Positions 52,525-64,000 of a DNA stretch of 64,000 nucleotides are shown here, one piece after another. The notes below the pieces were generated by a model, which had not been told where the DNA came from, searched no databases, and was given only the letters and a program-made list of their open reading frames with translations. Position 1 is the stretch's first letter. The number at the start of each line of letters is the position of its first letter. Position numbers and translations under genes: made by a program. The stretch spans positions 71,131-135,130 of the forward strand of contig JAQGDQ010000586.1 of assembly GCA_030141605.1 (NCBI GenBank). Direction: 5' to 3'. The DNA is from Tubiluchus corallicola (lineage: Eukaryota; Animalia; Priapulida).

Positions 52525-53022
52525 TCTTCTTTTTCCCAGCTTTTCCCTAAGCTGCGGGGTCGCCATCGTGAATGAGTCTTCTCCACGCTTTCCTGTTGTT
52601 GACCATCTCTTCATTTATGTCTTCCCTTCCCACATGATCTTCACCGACTCTTCTTTTCAGGTGTCCATACCATCGCAATCTTGCGAGGCTTCCACTACTT
52701 TTACTGTTCCTCTGATATTATTATTTCTAATTTTATCTCTTCTTGTTATTCCCACCATCCATGTCAACATCCTCATCTCCACCACATCCATTTTCTTCTC
52801 TTCGGTCTTCTTTAGAGAAGCTGCTTCCAGCCCATAGATTAGAGCGGGTCTGACCACTTCTTTGTGGACTTTACCTTTAAGTCTCACTGATTCATTCATA
52901 GAAGGTTTTGGCGCAGTTTTTACAGGTGGATGCCCTTCCTGACCCTAACCCTCCCTATTTATCCGGGCTTGGGACCGGCACTGAGTTGGGCTGGCTTGCG
53001 CCACCCCCCCAATGGCTAGGTT
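52525..53022 (-). mobile_element. Bipartite non-autonomous RTE retroposon (5' UTR fused to the ORF 3' end)
   Basis: 19-bp TSD tctact(c/t)ccactgtctact at 52506-52524 and 53022-53040. RTE C-terminal motifs KGKV.K.VVRPALIYG.E...EMRML.W..G.TR.DKIRN..IR and, in another frame, RLRWYGHL. (AAG)n tail. 5' UTR block AGGAAGGGCATCC..TAAAA. Confidence 0.9.
52945..53022 (-). ncRNA. Twister ribozyme (3' cleavage product, type P1 with a P3 hairpin)
   Basis: AA-CCUA-GCC-[P3]-UGCCGGUCCCAAGCCCGGAUAAA-UAGG-GAGGG. The core matches the published Oryza twister as I recall it, and P2 is the covarying pair CCUA/UAGG. Confidence 0.85.
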
Positions 53023-53723
53023 CTACTTCCACTGTCTACTATCTACTTCCAGTAAAAGAGAAATATGGCGACTTTTTACTTCAAAACGAGAGCAGCACAA
53101 GTACTTAAAATTACAGTACATGAACACTTGCAGTGTTTATATTTAAAATCACTCAGTGACCCTGATAATAAGCCTTTGCACAGTTTTGGAGATTGATGAT
53201 GATCTTGAAAAGGTCAAAGGTTAAGTGTAACAGACAACGCAATTGTGTACAATTGACAACGCCTCGCAGCCCAAGCTATTGTAATAGCAACAGTTTCAAC
53301 AGCTAGCTAGAACCTTACCTAGTTCAGTTTTTCTTGTTCACAAGCAAGATCCTGCTAGCAAAATACTCTACGCACAGCATAATACATAATTAAGTAAAGT
53401 CCACGTTAAATAACAGAAGTTACTGAACTGATGCGGCAAACAGCTTGGTTTTGCCCACATGTCACGTGGCGGTACGTGTCACATATAGCAACTGCGGATG
53501 CACACAACAAAACTATGAAAGGCTTATTGGCAGGCAATACCATCACATGAACAAGAGGCGAAACAAAAGAAATATTATTTAGTCAGTTAACTAATTCTCT
53601 TGACAACTGTATAGTAGACCAACAACATTAACTTGTACATCCAGAACCGGAACCGGATCCGAATGTGATCCAGATCCGGCGCATCCCTACCAAATACCGC
53701 CCTAAGATTAGTTAAAAACTTAC

Positions 53724-53857
53724 AGCCACTTCATAATCGAGCACGTTACGGGTGCCCAATCCGGGTCGATCGAACGTGACCCGGTAAGTGAAGTTTTGCG
53801 TGTCGACCGCATCGATGACGCCGCTGTAAAGACCCTCCTGCGGAGCGTGGAGCCACG
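53724..53857 (-). CDS. LIN9: LIN9 exon (Tudor domain)
   Basis: ttttcag|CG; AWLHAPQEGLYSGVIDAVDTQNFTYRVTFDRPGLGTRNVLDYEVA; donor GTAAGT; phases 1/0. Confidence 0.95.
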
Positions 53858-54147
53858 CTGAAAAAAATCAATAATGCAATTTCACACCACGTGACCTCTA
53901 CTCACACGACAATCACATACAGTTTTCGAAATATAATGATTTCCGTAAATGCTCATTCACATTTAGGGATGCGAAAACAGATAAAACAGAATAAAAAATA
54001 TTTAATGCAGCCAATAAAGTGTAAGACAGGGGAATTTTAAAGTACACCCCCAAAAACTTTCCATACACAGTTACGTTATTCAGCATTACGTTTACCTATT
54101 AGAAAGAAATTATGCAATTGAAAAAGATGATTCGTAATAATTTAAGA

Positions 54148-54911
54148 CTAGCAAAGGCCGCGCAAAAAATTTTGAGTATAAATTTACACATATAATCAAA
54201 AATACACAAACATCCTACCTAGTGTTTGTTTACTTACCTAACGCAAAGCCAGTAGCAGCAGCTTTTACTGAATTAAAGCTATAAGGTTATAAGCAGAGTA
54301 TAATGGATGACGTCAGAACAATGGCTTTGCGTGAGCAGTTTTCTGAGCGAAAATTGCCAAAAATAGAACATGTAATTAACTCCTCGCTACTCCTCTCAGT
54401 GGACGTGTCCTAAAATGCAGCCCACATCAACGTGTAGCCCTGTTCTTCCTCTTTCTAAAGAGCCGTATATCTCTTTCCGAGAGTACCACCAGGCGCCACT
54501 AAAATGTTTTTCTGCAGGCTGTTTTACAAAAATTTCGAAAAAATCGCGAGTTGGGTCCGGGAAAACGCCCATCACGGGACGCCGTGGCCCTCTCGCGAAT
54601 TATAAATATGCCTATGACACCCCCGCTGAACGGGCTATCTATCCATCACCAGCACCACCCATGGCCCGTTCCCGTTCTTCAGATCTCAGGCGTATAACTT
54701 TTGCAAAAAAACGGCCGAAAAATGGCCATTTTTGGAGGTTTTTCGCCCCCCCCCCACGTTCGTCCCGGTGGGCCCGATTCGAAAAATAAACCCCCAATGG
54801 CACGGCACTAGATCGAGACCTTTCGTTTGATGTATAAATAGCCACAAATGGTGCCCTCGTCGAAGCTGTAGCCTCGAATCTTATATACATATAAATATAT
54901 AATATATGCGA
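54148..54911 (-). mobile_element. Non-autonomous Helitron
   Basis: On the minus strand: A|TC...CTAG|T with no TSD and a short A/T palindrome-like segment before CTAG. A related 5' part lies at about 38440-38672. Confidence 0.65.
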
Positions 54912-55615
54912 TGTTCGCGTGAACTGATAAAATGACACTGTCTCACCTTCCCAGCGTGCACTACTGATTCACCAGGTGCAAAATATAGAGTATATTGACA
55001 ATATTGACGACAAATATGACAATTAATACTTTTGCTCAGTTTGCGAAGGGTGTGCCACAAATGCTCTGATTATTTTTTCAAACTTTACGCCACGTTATCT
55101 GAACTTGTTTAAAACGACCTACCGCTAAAATGGCAGTGCCCAACGGTCATCGCGGGAGTTTAAATTTACAAGTTTTCATCGACTCACAACTGTTCCACTT
55201 TATTCAACTGAACCACAACTTAATTAATTAGACAAAATCAATCGTAACTCGTATTTCCTTCTATCTTTTTAACAAATTAGCTTTAAATCGCGATCTGTTT
55301 CGATAAATTCCCTGTAGGCACCGCCATACTCAGTTTGTGTACACACAACGTCTTGCATGTAGGAACGCGCAGCTTTAATATACGGGTCCGAGTTGCATCC
55401 AACTTGGCTTACGACTAATGTGCCGGCACGTATTGTGGTCGTAAGTTGACAACTACTGCACTGTTTTATACAGTGTTACTACCAACTCAAGTTCTGTATG
55501 CAATAAGACAGCATATAAGTAACATAAAATTTCAAAACGAGTTTACTGTTGAAGACATTTTTCTTGACCTTCGTTGAGTGATTACTAAAAGCTCTGACAG
55601 ATGGCAGCAGCTTAC

Positions 55616-55773
55616 CTATCACCCGACGGTTTATCACCAGTGGAACGGGTACATCTTTGGGCATGTCGCGCAAATACTTGTACTCCATGGACTTGTTCTG
55701 CTGTAGGAAACGGAGCTTAGCTCTTCGACTATATAAGGCATCTCGTTCCTCTTGGAAGAAAGCTTGGGAACAC
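55616..55773 (-). CDS. LIN9: LIN9 exon (DIRP domain C-terminal part); most 5' exon found in the window
   Basis: tttcag|G TGT; RCSQAFFQEERDAL..RR.KLRFLQQ...DMPKDVPVPLVI; donor GTAAGC; phases 2/1. Confidence 0.95.
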
Positions 55774-57411
55774 CTGAAACCATTAAATCCGTGGTAAAGT
55801 GTTGCAAACACGTACACCGGCACACTTAAGTGTAAAAGTTGCGCCACTTTTGCTAAATCACGAGAAAGATGTTAAGTGATTTTCTCATAAGGAGTATGAT
55901 TTCATTTCTTCAGGACAGTAAGTGTTTGCTGAATTTTGCATGGGTTCATGAAAAACTGCTCTCACTAAGCAGCGATTACGTTACATTTGATAATTTTTGT
56001 AAGTTTCTACTCCTTGCACAATGGACTTTCGTGTAAAATCATAAATGAAATGCATTTGCGTACCGCTGGCAAATTTAAAATCGAATTTTGATAAAAAAAT
56101 TGAACAAAGCTTTCAGTAATTGCAATGTTCGCACTGTAGCAATGTACAGTATCAGCTAGTGCAGAAAATTTCAACTATCCAGACACAACACTCTGATAAA
56201 CTTTGACCTCAAGGCTACTCTATTTTTAAAAAGAAATTCCAGTTAAATGATGAAACGATCTTAATTTTTCCTTGACTGATCGGCTGGTTTTTCCTGGAAT
56301 AGCAGCAGAACACTGAACAACTTGGGCTACAGCAAGCAGGCGATCAATAAATTAGTGTGTACGATCACACAAGTGTACACCAGACTAAGCTACTCAATAA
56401 GCTGAGTTGGAGTGAATGAAAAGGGCGTGTTTTTCTTAATTTTATCCAATTAAATTACTTAAATGTCTAAACAAATAGCATGATTTGATAGCTGAGATTC
56501 TTCTGAACAGAACGGTACCCAATTTGTAATCATTTAGTTATGACTGTGCTCATACAAGTAGCAGACAAGTCGAGATCGGCAGGAACACCCCTGGAGAAGC
56601 GAAAAGTACAGCCGGTGGGCAATTACTCCAGTCATAGGATAAGGATAAAATACCTGCTCCAGTCATAGCATGTCAGGTGTATGCTTTGCGCTTTCTGTAA
56701 CTGCTTGTGTTTGAAATCCACTGTTTATCTCACACACTTCAATGGACGATGAATATATATATACATACATATATCAGGGATGTTACCAGAAGTCGGCTCG
56801 CAAAACAACGGACCGTGTCCATAGTATGTAGAACTTTTAACGGTCCAGATTTTGTCCGATTATTCTGATATCCGTAAAAGCAAGGTCCAGCAAACTGAGG
56901 CACGAGTGTAAAGTCAGCCTCGGGTATAAGGTACTCACTTATAAGGGTCCACCAACGCTGGTCCCGATTTTTCTTATAAAAATCTTCGTTTATAAGGTAC
57001 TCAGATATAAGCGACTTTCGGTTATAAGGGACGATATTTTCAGGTCCGACGTAATAGAAACCCAGGTAAATTACCTCACATATAAGGATCCCTATGATCA
57101 AGGCGAAATTGATCGATTTTTAACCTCAGTTTTTCGCAAACTCGGCCTTCAAAAAAACGTTTCTGCAGTCGTATACATCTCGCATCACTAACTTTCGGAT
57201 ATAAGGGACAATATCTTCAGGTGCCGCATAATAGAAACCCAGGTAAATTACCTCTCATATACCTCGCCTATGATCAAAACGAAATTGATCGATTTTTAAC
57301 CTCAAGTTTTCACAAACTCGGCCTTCAAACAGCTCGGTTTCCGCAATCACATACATCTCATATCACTGAAGGAGCTTCCTACATACCGTTTGCACTGAAT
57401 GTGTAGCAATA

Positions 57412-60400
57412 ATGTTTATGAAAACCAATGTAAAAATTGGTCCTTGAAATGCGATAACGAAAGTCGTTATGCTTGGTGTGAGCATATGTCTATAGGCTGT
57501 ATTGAAGTATATCGCAAAGCAGCGGCCGACCAGCTAAGTGGCACATGGCAATTGTTAGTATATGTAGTTTGTACTAGAGAGAAGAGAAATTTATATAAGA
57601 AAGTGAAACAGGAAAAGTTAAGGTAGGTCAGCAAGAATAGGACAGCATTAAAAAAAATAGTTTGGAGAGAGAGGGTTATGGGATCAGGTTCACATATCAT
57701 AGTTTTAGTTTTTTGAGAGGTGATTTTATTTTATTTTTGTAAAAGTGTAATTAGTAATTATAAGTGGTTGTGCTAATGGAGAGAATTTTTTATACTTATA
57801 TTTTTAAAAAATTTTTAAGCATGTTGTGAAGGAGTCAGGAATACAAAAAAACGAATACAAATACAGGTTTTTTGGAGTCCTCAGGAGGAGACTTGAGAGA
57901 CGAATTTCGGCTGCTAAACTCCTCAATTCTTAAACTCTCAAGCGCAGCCAATCGTGGTCCGCTAAGCAGAGCTCTGCGTGACCTTCACGATTCTCCTCTT
58001 TACATAGAAAACAAACAAATATATATACACGAACATATAACACAAGGATTTCTTAAAAAGTTTGTTAAGTTTATAAGTAGTTGTGTTGTTTTTAAGTTGA
58101 GTGTTATTTAGATTAAATTTATTTAGATGCTTAAATTTAAATATTGTAAAGAGGGGAGCTTATATTTAGTAAATTTTTAAAAAATTTTTTAGTTGTTTAA
58201 ATTTAAACTAATGTAAATAGGAGGGTTCTTATTCAGTAAATTTTTAATTCTTGAAATCCCAATTGCAGACAACTAAGTGTTGCTAAAACTAGTTCTGCAA
58301 CACCCAGTTCTCCTGTTTTATGTAAATACAAATAAGTATATACTAACATATAACATAAGGGTTTCTTAAAAGAATTTGTTATGTTTGAAAGCAGTTATGC
58401 TGTTTTAGGTTGAATGTTATTCAGATTAATTTAGTTAGATGTTTAAATCTAATTATTGTGAATAGGAGGGTTTTATTTAGTAGATTTTCAGAATTTTTTT
58501 AGTTTTTTAGAGTTATTTTTAGAAAACCATGGTTTTTCATTACTTTAATAGATATAACTAATTATAATTATAATTATTGATTTTATATTTTTTATTGATT
58601 TATATAAGGTTTTTGACTGGATTTTCTGATGAGTCGAGAAGCAAATATATTTAAATGTAACTCAGAGGGCAGTAGAAAGATGCTAGAGTTAGATTATAAT
58701 TTGTTTTAGAGCAGAAGTTTGTTAGTTATATAGTGGAGTTGTTCTAAGACATTTCGAACAAAATATTTTTTACTAAAATTACAATTTAACTGTAATATTT
58801 GTACTACAAGGGTTAGCTAAAAATATAATCATATACGTGCACTAGATTTTCAAGACTGTCAGTATCCGCCATTTTTATGTTAAAGATCTTTTAATTATAG
58901 AGTAGAGTTTGTTCTAAGTATTCTCACAGAAATTTTTACCAAAATCACAAATATCTGTAATACATAGTTGAAGGTTTGTATTGAGTATATTTAAAAACAG
59001 TACAGGAGGTTAGTTATAATTAAAATTACTTACAAGTATTGGATCTTCAGACAGTGTCACAGCCGCCATGTTTTCTTTGTTTGAAAATCCCTCCAGATCT
59101 TATGAGACCTGTTAGGGAGGTTAAGTTAAATCAAGTCTTTTATGAGGCCTGTCAGGGTGATCTGAGCTAAAATAAGTGTTCATATATATTTGTATTTTAT
59201 TACATTACTTTAATAACTATAACAACTTTAAATTTAAAATGTCTATATACAGAAATCTTTTTTATTAGATGTTGGTTGTTAATAATTATAAAGAATTTAT
59301 GTTAATTTTAATAACTATTCTATATTTATACATTACTAGTAGGATTATTAGGATTATTAATATTTATGCATTATTAGTAAAAAAAATTTTTTTCTCATAA
59401 CTTATGACAGAGAAGTCTCTTTATTATTTGATGTTGGTTATTAAAAATTATAAAATAATTTATGTTAATTTTTTAATTTTAATAAATATTTTATATTTAT
59501 ACATTATTAATAAGAATATCAGGATTATTAATACTCATACATTATTAGTGAAAAAGGTTTTTTCATGAGTTATCAGTGAGATTTTTTGAAATTTTTGATA
59601 TTTTGAAAGCATAAAGATGGAATGAGTAGATGGCTGCAGTTTAGAGTATGTTAGTTGAAGAAAAATAGAGTTAGTCGGCAGAGCAAAGACCATACTGAAC
59701 ATTGTATAGTCAGTACTCATACACCTTGCAAGGATCACACTGAACAAAATATAGTCAACACGTGTCATCAATGCAAGGATCACACTGAACAATGTATAAT
59801 CACATTCATAAACAAAGCAAGGATCACACTGAGCAATGTATAGTCGACATTTATAATCTAGGCATAGATCACACTGACAATGTATAGTCAATACCTGTAA
59901 CCAAGGTAAGGATCACATTGAACAATGTATAGTCAACACACGTCATCAATGTAAGGATCACACTGAACAATGCATAATCAACACTCATAAGCGATGCAAG
60001 GATCACACTGAACAATGCATAGTCGACACTCATAATCTTGGCAAAGATCACACTGAACAATGTATAGTCAATACCTGTAAACAAGGTTAGGGTCACACTG
60101 AACAATGTATAGTCAACACTCTTTATCAATGCAAGGATCACACTGAACAATGTATAATCAACACTCATAAGCGATGCAAGGATCACACTGAACAATGTAT
60201 AGTCGACACTCATAATCTCGGCAAAGATCACTGAACAATGCATAGTCAATACCTGTAAACAAGGTAAGGATCACACTGAACAATGTATAGTCAACACTCT
60301 TTATCAATGCAAGGATCACACTGAACAATTTATAATCAACACTCATAAGCGATGCAAGGGTCGCACTGAACAATGTATAGTCGACACTCAATCTCGGCAA

Positions 60401-63400
60401 AGATCACGCTGAACAAAGAATAGTCAATACCTAAAATTGAGGTAAAGATCACATTGAACAATGTATAGACCTATAATTAAGGTAAGGACCCACTGAACAA
60501 TGTATAGTCAACACTCGCCATCAATGCAAGGATCACACTGAACAATGCATAATCAACATTCATAAGCGATGCAAGGATCACACTGAACAATGCATAGTCG
60601 ACACTCATAATCTCGGCAAGGATCACACCGAACAAAGTATAGTCAATACCTATAAACAAGGTTAGGGTCACACTGAACAATGTATAGTCAATACCTGTAA
60701 ACAAGGTAAGGATCACACTGAACAATGTATAGTCAATACCTGTAAACAAGGTTAGGGTCACACTGAACAATGTATAGTCAACACTCGTCATCAATGCAAG
60801 GATCACACTGAACAATGTATAGTCGACACTCATAATCTCGGCAATGATCACACTGAACAATGCATAGTCAATACCTGTAAACAAGGTAAGGATCACACTG
60901 AACAATGTATAGTCAACACTCTTTATCAATGCAAGGATCACACTGAACAATTTATAATCAACACTCATAAGCGATGCAAGGGTCACACTGAACAATGTAT
61001 AGTCGATACTCATAATCTCGGCAAGGATCACGTTCAACAAAGAATAGTCAATACCTAAAATCGAGGTAAAGATCACATTGAACAATGTATAGACCTATAA
61101 TCAAGGTAAGGACCCACTGAACAATGTATAGTCAACACTCGCCATCAATGCAAGGATCACACTGAACAAAGTATAGTCAACATTCGTCATCAATTCAAAG
61201 ATCACACTGAACAAGAATAGTGATAAAAATTGGTTTGGATAAAGATGGTCATGGGGTGGGTTTTACGTATTATATTTTTAGTTTTTTGAGAAGTGATTAT
61301 GTTTAAATTTTTGCAGGATTGTAATTAATAATTATAAATAGTTTGTGTAACTTTAAATTTAATAGTTATTCTATATTTATACATTATTAATAAGATTATC
61401 AGGATTATTAATAATTATATATTATTAGCAAAATAAATTTTTTATAAGTTATTAGTGAAGATTCTTTGAATTTTTTGAAGATTTCTTTGAATTTTTTGAA
61501 ATTTTTTGATTTTTTTGATTTTTTGGAAGTGTAAAGATAGAAACAGTAGATGGCTTTAGGTTATAGCATGTTAGTTGAATAATAAATTGAGTAAGTCAAA
61601 CAGCCGGATTCGACAGGGATGTACACCGTAATATATGTTTATGAAAACCAATGTAAAATTGGTCCTTGAAATGCGATAACGAAAGTCGTTATGCTTGGTG
61701 TGAGCATATGTCTATAGGCTGTATTGAAGTTTATCGCAAAGCAGCGGCCGACCAGCTAGTGGCACATGGCAATTGTTAGTATATGTAGTTTGTACTAGAG
61801 AGAAGAGAATTATATAAGAAAGTGAAACAGGAAAAGTAAGGTAGGTCAGCAAGAATAGGACAGCATTAAAAAAATAGTTTGGAGAGAGAGGGTTATGGGA
61901 TCAGGTTCACATATCATAGTTTTAGTTTTTTGAGAGGTGATTTTATTTTATTTTTGTAAAAGTGTAATTAGTAATTATAAGTGGTTGTGCTAATGGAGAG
62001 AATTTTTTATACTTATATTTTTAAAATTTTTAAGTTGTGAAGGAGTCAGGATACAAAAAAACGAATACAAATACAGGTTTTTGGAGTCCTCAGGAGGAGA
62101 CTTGAGAGACGAATTTCGGCTGCTAAACTCCTCTATTTTTAATGTCTATAGGCGTAGCAAAGCGCGGCCGACCAGCAGTGCACTGGCAATTTTAGTATTG
62201 TAGTTTGTACTAGAGAGAAAGAAATATATAAGGTGACAGGAAAAGTTAGGTAGGCAGCAAGAATAGGGTTAAAAAAAATAGTTTGGAGAGAGAGGGTTAT
62301 GGGATCAGGTTCACATATCATAGTTTTAGTTTTTTGAGAGGTGATTTTATTTTATTTTTGTAAAAGTGTAATTAGTAATTATAAGTGGTTGTGCTAATGG
62401 AGAGAATTTTTTATACTTATATTTTTAAAAAATTTTTAAAAGCATGTTATGAAGGAGTCAGGAATACAAAAAAACGAATACAAATACAGGTTTTTTGGAG
62501 TCCTCAGGAGGAGACTTGAGAGACGAATTTCGGCTGCTAAACTCCTCAATTCTTAAACTCTCAAGCGCAGCCAATCGTGGTCCGCTAAGCAGAGCTCTGC
62601 GTGACCTTCACGATTCTCCTCTTTACATAGAAAACAAACAAATATATATACACGAACATATAACACAAGGATTTCTTAAAAAGTTTGTTAAGTTTATAAG
62701 TAGTTGTGTTGTTTTTAAGTTGAGTGTTATTTAGATTAAATTTATTTAGATGCTTAAATTTAAATATTGTAAAGAGGGGAGCTTATATTTAGTAAATTTT
62801 TAAAAAATTTTTTAGTTGTTTAAATTTAAACTAATGTAAATAGGAGGGTTCTTATTCAGTAAATTTTTAATTCTTGAAATCCCAAGTGCAGACAACTAAG
62901 TGTTGCTAAAACTAGTTCTGCAACACCCAGTTCTCCTGTTTTATGTAAATACAAATAAGTATATACTAACATATAACATAAGGGTTTCTTAAAAGAATTT
63001 GTTATGTTTGAAAGCAGTTATGCTGTTTTAGGTTGAATGTTATTCAGATTAATTTAGTTAGATGTTTAAATCTAATTATTGTGAATAGGAGGGTTTTATT
63101 TAGTAGATTTTCAGAATTTTTTTAGTTTTTTAGAGTTATTTTTAGAAAACCATGGTTTTTCATTACTTTAATAGATATAACTAATTATAATTATAATTAT
63201 TGATTTTATATTTTTTATTGATTTATATAAGGTTTTTGACTGGATTTTCTGATGAGTCGAGAAGCAAATATATTTAAATGTAACTCAGAGGGCAGTAGAA
63301 AGATGCTAGAGTTAGATTATAATTTGTTTTAGAGCAGAAGTTTGTTAGTTATATAGTGGAGTTGTTCTAAGACATTTCGAACAAAATATTTTTTACTAAA

Positions 63401-64000
63401 ATTACAATTTAACTGTAATATTTGTACTACAAGGGTTAGCTAAAAATATAATCATATACGTGCACTAGATTTTCAAGACTGTCAGTATCCGCCATTTTTA
63501 TGTTAAAGATCTTTTAATTATAGAGTAGAGTTTGTTCTAAGTATTCTCACAGAAATTTTTACCAAAATCACAAATATCTGTAATACATAGTTGAAGGTTT
63601 GTATTGAGTATATTTAAAAACAGTACAGGAGGTTAGTTATAATTAAAATTACTTACAAGTATTGGATCTTCAGACAGTGTCACAGCCGCCATGTTTTCTT
63701 TGTTTGAAAATCCCTCCAGATCTTATGAGACCTGTTAGGGAGGTTAAGTTAAATCAAGTCTTTTATGAGGCCTGTCAGGGTGATCTGAGCTAAAATAAGT
63801 GTTCATATATATTTGTATTTTATTACATTACTTTAATAACTATAACAACTTTAAATTTAAAATGTCTATATACAGAAATCTTTTTTATTAGATGTTGGTT
63901 GTTAATAATTATAAAGAATTTATGTTAATTTTAATAACTATTCTATATTTATACATTACTAGTAGGATTATTAGGATTATTAATATTTATGCATTATTAG
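57412..64000. repeat. Large tandem duplication (~4.2-4.6-kb unit) inside a LIN9 intron
   Basis: 57412 restarts at 61635, and 57872 onward matches 62495 onward to the window end. Confidence 0.92.
59685..61215. repeat. 45-bp minisatellite with higher-order variants, ~34 units
   Basis: Constant aaggatcacactgaacaatgtatagtc plus one of about 5 recurring tails. Confidence 0.93.

Larger units (their letters stand above)
52136..53689. mobile_element. hAT-like element (ATCCGG subterminal repeats) hosting the RTE insertion
   Basis: TIR TAGGGATGTGCCG/CGGCGCATCCCTA; TSD not clear. Confidence 0.6.

Noticed and set aside
57872-58111. 79-aa ORF duplicated at 62495-62734
   Set aside because: TTG start and no recognisable motif; the identity simply reflects the tandem duplication.
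58625-58645. Hammerhead-like CTGATGAG (also at about 33613 and 63248)
   Set aside because: No stem II followed by GAAA, and no flanking helices.
59685-61215. CRISPR-like repeat/spacer appearance
   Set aside because: The spacers are short, related and reused, the context is a eukaryotic intron, and there are no cas genes.
55780-64000. Upstream LIN9 DIRP exons (EWFYS..D / EW..IR..MGKPRR)
   Set aside because: Not found by eye; presumed to lie beyond the window end.

Overview
AT-rich animal (invertebrate-like) genomic DNA, dense in repeats, with three spliced protein-coding genes. (1) CLN3/battenin, minus strand: almost all of the CDS lies in one 1.3-kb exon, and the 5' exon(s) are uncertain. 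(2) A complete ZnT1-like (SLC30A1/ZnT63C) zinc exporter, plus strand: 8 coding exons at 13337-33313, 1356 nt, 451 aa when spliced by hand. (3) The 3' part of LIN9 (MuvB/DREAM subunit), minus strand: 9 exons at 55773-40310, largely missed by the ORF track, with its 5' exons lying beyond the window. Introns and spacers carry hAT-, piggyBac-, Kolobok/T2-, pogo/Tigger- and Helitron-type non-autonomous elements, LINE fragments, SINEs and many tandem repeats. Main highlights: (a) a 0.5-kb bipartite RTE element with target-site duplications whose 5' end is a twister ribozyme starting at the self-cleavage site, in sense orientation in a LIN9 intron; (b) tandem amplification of splice junctions, namely 40 copies of a LIN9 splice donor (37 in frame with no stop), 4 copies of the ZnT acceptor plus start codon, and a second duplicated LIN9 donor; (c) metal-response-element cores at the ZnT promoter and in repeats within the gene. 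All coordinates were counted by hand and no database searches were run.
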